From positions 2,017-66,016 of the IMG/VR virus record IMGVR_UViG_3300049580_000022: a DNA stretch of 64,000 bases; one strand, written 5' to 3'. The translations under genes were made by a program, and so were the position numbers. Of this stretch, positions 26,814 to 35,909 are shown in pieces; the stretch's first letter is position 1, and every line of letters begins with the position of its first letter. Under the pieces are notes generated by a model that had not been told where the DNA came from, did not search any database, and saw nothing but the letters and a program-made list of their open reading frames with translations. Origin of the DNA: a virus (lineage: Duplodnaviria > Caudoviricetes).

Positions 26814-28403
26814 TTACGCGGCGCGTTTCAAATGACGGGTGCGCTTTTCCAGACCGCGCACCGCAGAGGTGAGGGCGCCCACGGCTTCCGGCATGGGAAT
26901 GACCTTGCGGTTTGGATCGCCTGCAAACTCACGGCCCCAATCCTGCGCCATGGGGCCAATGCGCTTTCGGCCATCATCGCCAATCTGGGCGCGCACCTCC
27001 GGCTTGTAGCGATAGCCTTTCGCGCCGACGCGGCGCAGCTTGTCCAGCACGTCTTCATCATCGACTGGCTTGATGTCTTCCTTGGCGTTTTCGTCCGATG
27101 CGATGATTGCGCCGCCAATTGTCGAACCGGCGCCAAGCAATTGGCCCAACAGATTGCTGGGCTGGGATGTCGTGGTGGTTCCCGTCGCAGTCGTGGTCGC
27201 CCCATAAGGCACGCCGCCCGCCGCAGCGATGAGCGCATTAAGCTGGGTTAACGGATAATTCTGCTCGTTCTGCCATTGCTGGTAGGCGGCATTGTCTTCG
27301 TTCTGGCCCTGCTCCTGTTGGAGCGCGCCGGTGGACAGGAGACGGTTGAGCGCATCGTTCGCAAGCTGGCTTTGGGTGGTAGCCGTGCTGTTGCCCATGC
27401 CTGCGACCGCCAGCAGGCGGTTCACGTCATCGGTCGAAAGCTGGCTTTGCGTGGTGCCCAGATTAAGCTGGTTCTGCCCGGCCTGGCTGAGACGGTTAAG
27501 CGCCGCCGTCGCCAAATCGCTCTGGGTCGTTCCGGCGGTTTCGTTGGCGCTGGCGGCCTGCGTAAGCCGCGAGAGCGCATCATTGGACAGCGTGTTGGCC
27601 GTGGAGGCGTTCGTCTGGGACAGCCCCGCCGCGGTTGCATCGCGCGCTGCGCGGTTCTCTGCCTCCGCCACCGCAGCATTGTAGGCGTCCGAATAACCCT
27701 GCCCGGTGACCTGGGCGACCTGATTGAGAAGATCGGACTGGTTCTGCGCATCCTGCAATCCATAACGGGAGCCGCCGAAGCTGCCTCCCATGGCGGCCTT
27801 GGAGGCGAGATTGACGGAGTTCTGCCCGGCGACTTTCTGCAATTGCGCAACCACCGGATCGACCGCCGCCGAAACATACGGGTTGATGTAGCTGTTGATT
27901 TCGTCCGGGGAGAACGAGCCTGCGGAGTTCGCCGTGTAGGTGCGCGCCGCGTCCAGGTCGGCCTGCCCGGCGGTGTTGTCATTCACAGCCTTGTTGCCAG
28001 CCAGCGCCGCGAGGGCTGCGGCATTGTTCGCGGAGGTCGCGCCGGCACCCGTGGTCCCGGCGGCAAGATCGCCGGCCGCATTGTAGAGGCCAGTGGCGTT
28101 GTTGACGGCGCCCATCCAGTTCCCCGTTGCTCCATTGGCCGTGCTGGCCGCGCCGCCCAGCGCATTGCTGGCCGTCGATGCCGCGCCCTGCCCAGCTCCG
28201 GCGAGCGTCGGCGCCAGCGAGATGGCGGAATTCTGATTGCTGGAAAGCGGTGCGACAAGCTGGCCTGTGTATGGCGTGTAGGGTTTGTTCGCGATGGTCT
28301 GCGCTTTGTTGACCGCAGCTTGCCCGGCCTGATTCAGCCATTCGGGAAGCTGGACGGTCTGGGTCTGATTTTGCTTCTGCGTCGTCTTGCTGGAACCGCC
28401 CAT
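26814..28403 (-). CDS. Ejection/pilot protein with C-terminal peptidase S74-like domain
   Basis: MGGSSKTTQKQ...LPEW; YINPYV; GGSFGGSR; ASDENAKEDIKPV...YRYK...RIGPMAQD. Confidence 0.75.
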   Translation of the reverse strand: MGGSSKTTQKQNQTQTVQLPEWLNQAGQAAVNKAQTIANKPYTPYTGQLVAPLSSNQNSAISLAPTLAGAGQGAASTASNALGGAASTANGATGNWMGAVNNATGLYNAAGDLAAGTTGAGATSANNAAALAALAGNKAVNDNTAGQADLDAARTYTANSAGSFSPDEINSYINPYVSAAVDPVVAQLQKVAGQNSVNLASKAAMGGSFGGSRYGLQDAQNQSDLLNQVAQVTGQGYSDAYNAAVAEAENRAARDATAAGLSQTNASTANTLSNDALSRLTQAASANETAGTTQSDLATAALNRLSQAGQNQLNLGTTQSQLSTDDVNRLLAVAGMGNSTATTQSQLANDALNRLLSTGALQQEQGQNEDNAAYQQWQNEQNYPLTQLNALIAAAGGVPYGATTTATGTTTTSQPSNLLGQLLGAGSTIGGAIIASDENAKEDIKPVDDEDVLDKLRRVGAKGYRYKPEVRAQIGDDGRKRIGPMAQDWGREFAGDPNRKVIPMPEAVGALTSAVRGLEKRTRHLKRAA

Positions 28404-28404
28404 T

Positions 28405-28908
28405 TCAGTTCTCCGATTTCGGCGGGAAGAAAACGTGGTTTCCGCCAACGTAGGTGAAGCCCTTGATTCTGCGATAACGGTCTTGCGCTTCCGGACGCAT
28501 ACCCCACACGTTGTCCATGCGCAGCATCATGTTGTTTGTGATGGCCGCTGCTTGGGCGGCGCGCAGGAGCTTATCCGACGCATCCGTGACGCGCCGGTCT
28601 GGACGCACATAGAACCACAGGGCATTGAGGTGCTTGGAAAGCGGTGCCCATGGGAAACTGTCCACTTCCATGCCGACCGATCCGATAATCTGGCCGCCTT
28701 CTTCCGCGACGATCACGCCTTGGCGCAGGATGACATTAAGCCCCCATGCAATCGTCGGCGCTTCCTCCGCCGCCGGATAGGCGAGACGCAGTTCTTCAAA
28801 GTAGCCTTTCAGGAGAACATAGAGCGCGATCACATCGCGAGGTGTGGCGGCGCGCAGCGTAATTTCGCTGTCAGGAATCGCTGCCTTGGCTTTGGTCTTC
28901 GGGGCCAT
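28405..28908 (-). CDS. GNAT-family acetyltransferase
   Basis: ITLRAATPRDV...VIVAEEGGQIIGSVG...WFYVRPDRR...LLRAA...GFTYVGG. Confidence 0.75.
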   Translation of the reverse strand: MAPKTKAKAAIPDSEITLRAATPRDVIALYVLLKGYFEELRLAYPAAEEAPTIAWGLNVILRQGVIVAEEGGQIIGSVGMEVDSFPWAPLSKHLNALWFYVRPDRRVTDASDKLLRAAQAAAITNNMMLRMDNVWGMRPEAQDRYRRIKGFTYVGGNHVFFPPKSEN

Positions 28909-28937
28909 ATTCGCTCCGGGCGTTAAGCTTCTTTCTC

Positions 28938-28949
28938 CTTTCGTCTTTC
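28938..28949 (-). promoter_or_regulatory. GAAAGACGAAAG leader motif, copy 2
   Basis: Exact; intergenic, 29 nt before the GNAT ATG. Confidence 0.65.
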
Positions 28950-28950
28950 A

Positions 28951-29190
28951 TCAGCCCTTGGCCGCGCGGCCAACCGCCTGAAGGTCAGATATCAGAGTGG
29001 CGAGGAAATTTCCAATGTCATCCGCCGTCGCCGTCCCCATGTCCAAGGTGCGCGTTTCGGTGTAGTTCGCCACCGTGTAGGGGCCAATCATCTTTTCCAG
29101 CACCTGAAAACGCCGGTCGATGTCCGTGAGGATTTGGCGCATCCGGCGCGCATCGTAGGTCTGGCTTGGCTCAGATATGCGCTTTGTCAT
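28951..29190 (-). CDS. Small tail-associated protein
   Basis: Coupled (TGATG) to the tail tubular gene. Confidence 0.7.
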   Translation of the reverse strand: MTKRISEPSQTYDARRMRQILTDIDRRFQVLEKMIGPYTVANYTETRTLDMGTATADDIGNFLATLISDLQAVGRAAKG

Positions 29191-31028
29191 CAGCGGCGCC
29201 CTGCGGGTGAGCCATCAACGCGCCATTGGCCCAGCGAGATGTCATTGCCCAATTCGTTGCCTTCCCATCGCAATGCGATCTGGCGCGCGCGCATGTGCAT
29301 ATCCAATCGCAGCGTCGAGACATTGAAGGACTTTGGACCTTTCACCATCTGCTGGCCCACTGGATATTTGCGTGCCTTCACGGAGAACTTGTGATTCCCG
29401 ATGATGACCGGCGCGCCGTCCCGATAGGCATAGTCGGGGAAGAAGCGCGCAAAGCGTTCGATGATTTCGCCCGAGCCTGTGGAAGCACCTGTGAGGACCG
29501 AACTCGAAGCCGGAATTTCCATATCGTAGGTTTCGAGAAAGTAGGGCAACGGGTCCACATCTGCGTCATGCCCAACCTCGGTTTGGCAAAGATAGCTGTT
29601 GTTGCCAGAGGGCTTTGCAGCCATTGGCACATCGCCAAAGACGTTTTGATCGAGAAGCGCGGTGAAGTTCCACGGATCGTCGCCAACCCACCATGTGCCA
29701 TCCTCGTAATTGAAGCCGGCGACCTTATCGACCTCCTGAGCGTTTTTGGACGGCCAGAAAATGAGGATTTCGTTCTTCGACTTGTTGCGGCCAACAACGC
29801 ACTTCGCCGCCTGGACGATGTTGATGTTCTCGAAAATCTTGCTCTGCACATCGCAAGGCAAAATCTTCACCGAACCATCGTAGGTCCAGAACGTGCCGCG
29901 GCCCATCGCATAAACGACGCCGTTCACATCGCACGCCGCATTCGGGCCGGTGAGCGATGCCACCTGTCCCTTGTCGGCAAAGTTGAAGATCAGATTGTCG
30001 CCGGAGAGCGTCATGGAATAGACGGTCGTATCGGTGATAACCACGATTTCATCCCGGCTGAGTAGGGCCGTGATGATTTGGCTTCCGTTATCCAACCGCT
30101 TGTCGCCCGCCGCATTTGTCGGGCTGGGCGTCCAGTCCGTGTAATCCTCACTGTCGGACCAGCGGATCAACATGGGATCGGGATTGGTTCCGTCATGCGA
30201 GCCGCACGAAACGAGAATGCGAAGCTGCGGCGATAGGATGACGCGGCGGTTTTGCGAAGGCGCTTCGGAGATGAGTGTGGCGCGCGTATCCGTTCCGCCG
30301 CTGGCCTGCCAGATATAGATTTCACGATCAACCGGAGAGGCAACCAGGTCTTCGCCCCAATTCACCAGCGACCAGATGCGCGCGATGGTGAGGAATTGCG
30401 AGACGCGCGCAGTCCCCCATGTGCCGCTGCCCCAGCCTCCGGCTCCCCATCCCGTGCCCAAGATAGAGTCCTGCGGGCCAGTGGTAATCTCATAGGCATA
30501 ATCCACGGCATCGCCACCGCCGGTTTCGGTCGCTGTGGCTTCGCTATCGTGGATGAACGTGTAGGTGTCATCATCCGGCACGGTGTCGATCACCCAACCG
30601 GCGTTCATGTCGAGGCCACCCACCGTGTCGGCACCCGTGAAGTTCACAAAATCTCCAACCGAGCGTCCATGGCCTGTGTCGGTAACGGTGACTTCGGCGC
30701 TTCCGTCTGTGGTGGAGAAAGGATCGGTGCCGAGCGTTCCGCTTTCGGCAATCGGCGTGATGTCGAAGAACGACACGCTGTCCGAAAGGTAGAGCTTCAA
30801 ATTCGTGCCCAGCGCCAGAATGTCTTGAAACGAAAGCGTCTGCCAAGACAGCAGAGAACGGCATATACCCAGCATGGAAGTGGCGATGTATTTCACCCAG
30901 CCGCCAAGCTTTTCGGGATTGGATTTGAAGAAGCGGACATTCGAGCCGTTCTTGAAACGGCCAACCGCCGTGCGTGGCGAGGCTTCCGAATAGATGCCTG
31001 GATTAATCGCGATGGGAAGCAGGCTCAT
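29190..31028 (-). CDS. Tail tubular/stabilisation protein (gp10/gp12-like beta-propeller)
   Basis: PGIYSE...NVRF...KLGGW; WSLVNWGEDLVA; IRWSDSEDYTDWTPSPTNAAG; RARQIALR...G.WR.D..P.GRR. Confidence 0.85.
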   Translation of the reverse strand: MSLLPIAINPGIYSEASPRTAVGRFKNGSNVRFFKSNPEKLGGWVKYIATSMLGICRSLLSWQTLSFQDILALGTNLKLYLSDSVSFFDITPIAESGTLGTDPFSTTDGSAEVTVTDTGHGRSVGDFVNFTGADTVGGLDMNAGWVIDTVPDDDTYTFIHDSEATATETGGGDAVDYAYEITTGPQDSILGTGWGAGGWGSGTWGTARVSQFLTIARIWSLVNWGEDLVASPVDREIYIWQASGGTDTRATLISEAPSQNRRVILSPQLRILVSCGSHDGTNPDPMLIRWSDSEDYTDWTPSPTNAAGDKRLDNGSQIITALLSRDEIVVITDTTVYSMTLSGDNLIFNFADKGQVASLTGPNAACDVNGVVYAMGRGTFWTYDGSVKILPCDVQSKIFENINIVQAAKCVVGRNKSKNEILIFWPSKNAQEVDKVAGFNYEDGTWWVGDDPWNFTALLDQNVFGDVPMAAKPSGNNSYLCQTEVGHDADVDPLPYFLETYDMEIPASSSVLTGASTGSGEIIERFARFFPDYAYRDGAPVIIGNHKFSVKARKYPVGQQMVKGPKSFNVSTLRLDMHMRARQIALRWEGNELGNDISLGQWRVDGSPAGRR

Positions 31029-31266
31029 TTTTCTTCGCCTTTACGATTTGCTTGTTCCAGTCATCGAACATCGCTGTTGCGTCGATCGTATCCCGGCAGA
31101 ACTGCGGAGCGTTCATATCGCAATGCGCTCCCGGATAATTGGCGAGACGCCAAATCAAATCCATCTGCGCTTGCGTGAGGGTGAGCGTATAGGTCTGCTG
31201 TGCTTCACCCGCCGAGGCGCAAGCGCAAGACGCGATAATTGCTAGGGCGGCCACAAGCGCTTTCAT
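31003..31266 (-). CDS. Small protein with Sec-type signal peptide
   Basis: MKALVAALAIIASCACASA|GE. Confidence 0.6.
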   Translation of the reverse strand: MKALVAALAIIASCACASAGEAQQTYTLTLTQAQMDLIWRLANYPGAHCDMNAPQFCRDTIDATAMFDDWNKQIVKAKKNEPASHRD

Positions 31267-31278
31267 GCGTTGCCTCGT

Positions 31279-31770
31279 TTATGTTCTGACAAGCGTAACG
31301 GAAACCGCACCCTGCGCAGTCTTTCCCGTCGCATCCGTTACCGTGCAAATGAAGGTGCCATCCTTCTCATTGCCCGGCGTTACGCCAGACTGAAAGCCCG
31401 TTGTTGCAGATGTGGGTGCCGTGATGGTCATGTTATCGCCGCTCGCATACGTCCATGCGTAAGTGTATGGCGCGGTGCCCCCGTTCACCGTGCATGTCGT
31501 ATAGCCGGCGAAGACCGGTGACGTTGAGCTTCGCCCTGTCAAAAACGATGGATCGGCATAAGCGGAATAGTAGGTGTAAACGAGATGCCATGAGCCACCG
31601 CTTCCCGCATAGACGGATTGCGGCAACCGATAAGCTCCGCCCGAACCCCCATAGGGAATAGTCACGGTGCGCCATGAGCCGCCCGAACCCGCATAGATGG
31701 TTGCCCATGCGGTTGCAGTCAGGAAGCCTGCGAAGATTGCGCCGAGCGCGAGTGCGAGAAGTTTGCGCAT
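31279..31770 (-). CDS. Tail-fibre-associated Ig-like protein with signal-peptide-like leader
   Basis: MRKLLALALGAIFAGFLTATAWA|TIYAGSGGSWR; GGTAPYTYAW; FICTVTDA. Confidence 0.75.
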   Translation of the reverse strand: MRKLLALALGAIFAGFLTATAWATIYAGSGGSWRTVTIPYGGSGGAYRLPQSVYAGSGGSWHLVYTYYSAYADPSFLTGRSSTSPVFAGYTTCTVNGGTAPYTYAWTYASGDNMTITAPTSATTGFQSGVTPGNEKDGTFICTVTDATGKTAQGAVSVTLVRT

Positions 31771-32888
31771 CAGTAGGTCATCCAGATGTCGCCATTGGCG
31801 GGAGTGCCAGATGGGCCGGAAGTGCTGACGGTGATGGTCGCCGTTGCACCATTCGCAAGACCGAGATTGGAACGCGCAGCACTGGCGCTTCCGAGATCGC
31901 TCAGGTTGCTTGCGCGCTGTAGGCTCGCAGCAATGGCGCTGGAATAATAGCTGGCTGCGGTGCCCGCCGCGTCAAACGCCGTGGTGTTGGAAGTTGCCGC
32001 GGTGCCAAGGCCAAGAGCCGTGCGCGTTCCCGCCGCGTTGGAGAACACCGGAGCCGCCGTGAAGGTCTGCGTTGTCGCCCAGGTGTTTGCGCCGTTGAGA
32101 AGCGGGATCGTGCCCCCCGATGTGCCGATGCTGTAAACCGCCGCATTCCCCAAGCCCAAGGCCGTGCGTGTCCCCGCTGCGTCCGAGAACACCGGGGCGC
32201 TGGTGAATGTCGCAGTCGTGGAGAACGTCACCGCCGAAGAGAATGTCTGCCCGGCGCTCCATGTATTTGCGCCGTTGAGAAGCGGGATCGTTGCGCCGGA
32301 AGTGCCGGTGTTCTGTGTGGCTGCTGTGCCCAGCCCCATGGCAGTTGCAAGCGCGGAAAGCGATGTGACGCCCGTGCCGCCATTGGCGACCGGAAGCGTT
32401 CCCGTCACCGCCGACAAATCGCCCACGGGAAATAGTTGATAGACGTTCCCGGCGGCGTCTCCGAAGACCTGAGCGTATTGATGGCTTGGCAGGCTTACCG
32501 TCACGCCGGAGCCTGCGGTGATGGTGATGGCGCTGTCAGAGGTGTTGTAGATCGCCGCCGTCTTGGCGAGGTCCGGGATTGTGATGGTGCGCGCCGTGCC
32601 CGGCGTGCCGGTGATGACCACCAGAGCATTGCGGGCCTGATCGGGCGAATTGTTCTCGGTCGTGAGCGTCACGTCCCCGGAGGTATCGTCCACGCTGACA
32701 ACGCCACTGGCGCATTTGTCCAGCATGGCAAACGCCGCATTGGCCTTGGTGCCCCACTGGGTATCGTTCGAGCCTGTCGGCATCTGCACAATGCGGCAGT
32801 TGGGCGTGTAGGTGTCGGCGCCGAAGGCCGGAGCGCAAAGCCACGCGCTTGCGGCCAGCGCCAGAGAAAGAAGCTTCCACAGTTTCAT
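31770..32888 (-). CDS. Tail fibre 1 with signal-peptide-like leader
   Basis: Leader then ADTYT...MPTGSNDTQWGTKAN (uvMED-type fibre anchor); LGLGTAAT/PLLNGANTW repeats; PANGDIW at the C-terminus. Confidence 0.8.
   Translation of the reverse strand: MKLWKLLSLALAASAWLCAPAFGADTYTPNCRIVQMPTGSNDTQWGTKANAAFAMLDKCASGVVSVDDTSGDVTLTTENNSPDQARNALVVITGTPGTARTITIPDLAKTAAIYNTSDSAITITAGSGVTVSLPSHQYAQVFGDAAGNVYQLFPVGDLSAVTGTLPVANGGTGVTSLSALATAMGLGTAATQNTGTSGATIPLLNGANTWSAGQTFSSAVTFSTTATFTSAPVFSDAAGTRTALGLGNAAVYSIGTSGGTIPLLNGANTWATTQTFTAAPVFSNAAGTRTALGLGTAATSNTTAFDAAGTAASYYSSAIAASLQRASNLSDLGSASAARSNLGLANGATATITVSTSGPSGTPANGDIWMTY
32086..32291. repeat. 180-bp-period intragenic repeat in tail fibre 1
   Basis: tttgcgccgttgagaagcgggatcgt at 32086-32111 and 32266-32291. 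Confidence 0.9.
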
Positions 32889-32890
32889 CG

Positions 32891-33310
32891 TTACGCTCCC
32901 ACGCGGATGATTGCGTTATTGTCGGTCGGCTGCGGCCATATCAGTGCGAAGCTGTTTGCAGCCGTATAGATGGCACCCAGGTCAATGACCGCGATGGCGC
33001 GATTATCCTTGGAGGCATTGTAGATCAAGCCGCAGCGCGCCGTGAACTGCGCGGGATTGACGATGATGTCCTCGAAGTCGATCAGTAGCTTGAAGGCGTC
33101 GGTAGCGAGTTTCGGAAAGCCATCGCTCAAAGTGAGGTCGAAGCCGCCAGCCGCATAGCCGGTCCCGGACGTTTCGCCATCGCTTGTGTAGGCGGTGAGC
33201 GTATCGGGATCGAGCGTGTCGCCTTCGTAGAGCGCCAGCTTCATCTGGTCCACGCCCCATTCGTCTTGAGCGCTCGCCAGCAGGTAGGATTTGCAGATGC
33301 GCTGTTTCAT
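32891..33310 (-). CDS. Conserved tail structural protein (KLALY...SGTGYxAGG family), paralog 1
   Basis: MKLALYEG...TAYTSDGETSGTGYAAGG...ARCGLIYNAS...AVIDLG...AIIRV. Confidence 0.8.
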   Translation of the reverse strand: MKQRICKSYLLASAQDEWGVDQMKLALYEGDTLDPDTLTAYTSDGETSGTGYAAGGFDLTLSDGFPKLATDAFKLLIDFEDIIVNPAQFTARCGLIYNASKDNRAIAVIDLGAIYTAANSFALIWPQPTDNNAIIRVGA

Positions 33311-33969
33311 AGCGGTGTGTTCGCCACGCTGGATTGACGGGATAGCTGATACTCTGCTCTGGCATTGCCGCGAAACTCGATCTTCGCCTTGGGCAATTGA
33401 TCGGCTGTGTAGCGGTTCTCCCAGACCTTCACCTGATCGGGATTGGTGAGATATTCCTCCGACGACAGCAGGCAGGCATAGAGAAGCAACTCCGGCACGT
33501 TCTTGGAGAGCCATGTGGTGGGGTTGGTTTCCGACAATCCCGCCGGCCGCACGATGCCGAAGGTCAAGACCTGATAGGCTTTGTCGGGCGCGTTCACGAA
33601 CAGGAGCGTTGATGGGCTGACTTCCGCATAGAAGGTCGGAAGCTCATTGTCCGTCTGGTTTTCCGCCCACGCCTCGCAATAGCTCTTCGTCTTGCGCACA
33701 ACACGCTTACGCTTTTGCGTGTCGGGATCGACCACATAGAGGTCGCGAATTTTCAGGACGCCATCCGGCCTTGTGAAATTGCGGCTCCCCACCGTGAGAT
33801 TGCCGCTGTTCAATTCGTCTTGGAAAATCTCAAGGTCCAGATCGCGCAGAACCTTCGACTCGCCCAAGCCAATGATGGCGTCCAAATTGGAAATCATGTC
33901 GTCCGACTGATCGTCCGTCATCTGCAAGATGTCGGCCTTGAGGCCCGCATATGTGGTTGGTCCCATCAC
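33307..33969 (-). CDS. Head-tail adaptor-like virion protein
   Basis: TYAGLKADI...I.LGESKVLRDL...TTWLSKNVPELLLYACL; coupled on both sides. Confidence 0.75.
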   Translation of the reverse strand: MMGPTTYAGLKADILQMTDDQSDDMISNLDAIIGLGESKVLRDLDLEIFQDELNSGNLTVGSRNFTRPDGVLKIRDLYVVDPDTQKRKRVVRKTKSYCEAWAENQTDNELPTFYAEVSPSTLLFVNAPDKAYQVLTFGIVRPAGLSETNPTTWLSKNVPELLLYACLLSSEEYLTNPDQVKVWENRYTADQLPKAKIEFRGNARAEYQLSRQSSVANTPL

Positions 33970-34280
33970 GTCACCTGAATGGTCGGAACGCCGACTTCGT
34001 AGAACATTGCGAGCGAACGCGGAACGTCGCCCGTGGAAAGATCGAAGGCATTGGCGAGATATACGACCGTGCCGATTTGATCGAGGTCGGGCGCGGGGCG
34101 TTCCAACGCGATGCCATCGTTCAAGTCTTCCGGCGGTCGCATGAGCGGCGGCTCAGCCCATGCTGGGTCCACCAGCAATCCGGTAAGCGGGTCTTCCACC
34201 ATGTCGCGAAGGAGCATCCGACGATTACTCCGTGCACACATTCCATACGCTCTTGAACCTCGCGCATATATCGTGTTCAT
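33966..34280 (-). CDS. Conserved neck-region protein (YAxGxxAxGxC family)
   Basis: YARGSRAYGMCARS...GLLVDPAWAEP. Confidence 0.75.
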   Translation of the reverse strand: MNTIYARGSRAYGMCARSNRRMLLRDMVEDPLTGLLVDPAWAEPPLMRPPEDLNDGIALERPAPDLDQIGTVVYLANAFDLSTGDVPRSLAMFYEVGVPTIQVT

Positions 34281-34309
34281 AATCTGCGCCCCCCAAGGTT
34301 AATCCCCAC

Positions 34310-34837
34310 ATGCAAGAGAAAGATAAGATAGAAATATGGAAGCCCGTTCCAGAAGTTCACGGAATTTATGAAGTTTCTGATTGGGGAAGAGTTCGGCGTG
34401 CGGCCTGTCCCCATTGCAGAACAAAACCGAGATTGGTTACGCCGTGCCTTGATGGTTCTGGTTATTTCCAAGTTGGACTTTCCTATGGCGGCAGGAAGCC
34501 AATTCGTCGGAAAGTGCATCGTCTTATCATGGCTGCGTTTCATGGTGCCGATCCACGATGGGTAAATCATATTGATGGCAACCCGTCTAATAATCATCTT
34601 GAAAATTTGGAGTATGTAACTCCGCGCGAAAACGCTCTTCACAAGAGTCGAGTTCTTGGCAGATGGGGAGGTCCAGCGGGCAACAAGAATCATAAAGCTC
34701 TTGATCTTGATGTCGCCGCCATTCTCGAAATGAAAGCGCAAGGGATGAGTAATCGCGCAATTGCCCGTGAGCTTGATTTGAAATGCCACAAGGTCATCGG
34801 CGTTGTCGTTAATAGACGGCATTGGTCGCAACGATAA
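34310..34837 (+). mobile_element. NUMOD4-HNH homing endonuclease, antisense insertion
   Basis: EIWKPVPEVHGIYEVSDWGRVR; VHRLIMAAF...VNHIDGNPSNNHLENLEYVTPREN; lower GC; opposite strand. Confidence 0.9.
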
Positions 34838-34842
34838 GAATT

Positions 34843-35556
34843 TCATCGTCTCGGCCTCCGGTTCTTGTGAACAACGAAGGTCGTATCGGCGCGCTCGCGG
34901 TTGCCCATGCGGGCGATGGCATACGCTCCCACGGGTTTGCCAGCCGCATAGGTGGATGTGCCGGGACCGCCGTATTTGACATCCTTCTCGGCCATCCTTG
35001 CGGGCGCGAACTTCTCCGCCAGATACCATGTCAGGCCAGCCGTGAAAGCTTCGTTCCAGGTCGGCGGGACATCCGCTTGCGCATTCAGGATCGCGGAATC
35101 GTAGGAGCGCACCATCGCGTCGTAGATGATGATGTCCGTATCGTTCTCGGCCTTCGGATAGATGTAGCACTCCGCGCTGTTCTGTAGGCGCTGCACCCAG
35201 CAACGGTTGGGCATTCCGCGCGTCACGTCTTTGTCCGGGATGGCGAACCAATCGCTGGCGGCAATGAGCGTGATGGGCGTCGTGTAGCTGTCCCGCTTGA
35301 GCGTCATGCGCAGCATGTCGATGAAGCCATCGACCGCCGGGGTGAAGGTCTGCATCAGAACGGAGGTCGGTTGCTCAACACCTGAAACGACCTTCCAGAA
35401 ATCCACGCTGTCATTGTTCCAGAGGTCCAGCATGAGATGGATGGAGCGCCGGGCCGATGCGAGATGACGGGCGGTCAAGCCTTCCGGGTCGAAGCCGATG
35501 CGCTCGAAAGCTTCGTCTATCGCCTCGTAGGTTTTGAAGATGGGCGGCAGGGTCAT
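34843..35556 (-). CDS. Tail tubular protein A / head-tail connector
   Basis: EAIDEAFERIG...ARRSIHLMLDLWNN...P.RCWVQR...IYP...PPTWNEAFTAGLTWYLA. Confidence 0.8.
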   Translation of the reverse strand: MTLPPIFKTYEAIDEAFERIGFDPEGLTARHLASARRSIHLMLDLWNNDSVDFWKVVSGVEQPTSVLMQTFTPAVDGFIDMLRMTLKRDSYTTPITLIAASDWFAIPDKDVTRGMPNRCWVQRLQNSAECYIYPKAENDTDIIIYDAMVRSYDSAILNAQADVPPTWNEAFTAGLTWYLAEKFAPARMAEKDVKYGGPGTSTYAAGKPVGAYAIARMGNRERADTTFVVHKNRRPRR

Positions 35557-35564
35557 CGTTGCCT

Positions 35565-35909
35565 CTATCCTGCGGCGGCGACAGCAGGCGATACGACCAC
35601 GCGGCCCGATGCCACCACGTTTGATCGCTGCGCCAGCGTCACTTCCAGATTGTGCCAATAGAGGCCCGATTGCGGGATATCGCCATCCGAAATCTTGAGC
35701 CAGACGTTTCCATTCTTGGGATCGCCGTTAATCATCACACCGTTGGGCGATGTCTTTTGCAGCGTGGCCGCGCCTCCGGCCTGCGGGCCCATGCGCCAGC
35801 GCAACGTTGCGCCTGTCAGATCCAGCGGCGTATCGCCGTCCAGGAGGTTGAAATACACGTCTTTCGACATGCCGGCGTCCATCTCGAAATCTTGCCGTTT
35901 GTCGCTCAT
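35565..35909 (-). CDS. Ig-like virion protein (BppU N-terminal-like)
   Basis: PLDLTGATLRW...GNVWLKISDGD...YWHNLEVT...VASGRVVV. Confidence 0.6.
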   Translation of the reverse strand: MSDKRQDFEMDAGMSKDVYFNLLDGDTPLDLTGATLRWRMGPQAGGAATLQKTSPNGVMINGDPKNGNVWLKISDGDIPQSGLYWHNLEVTLAQRSNVVASGRVVVSPAVAAAG

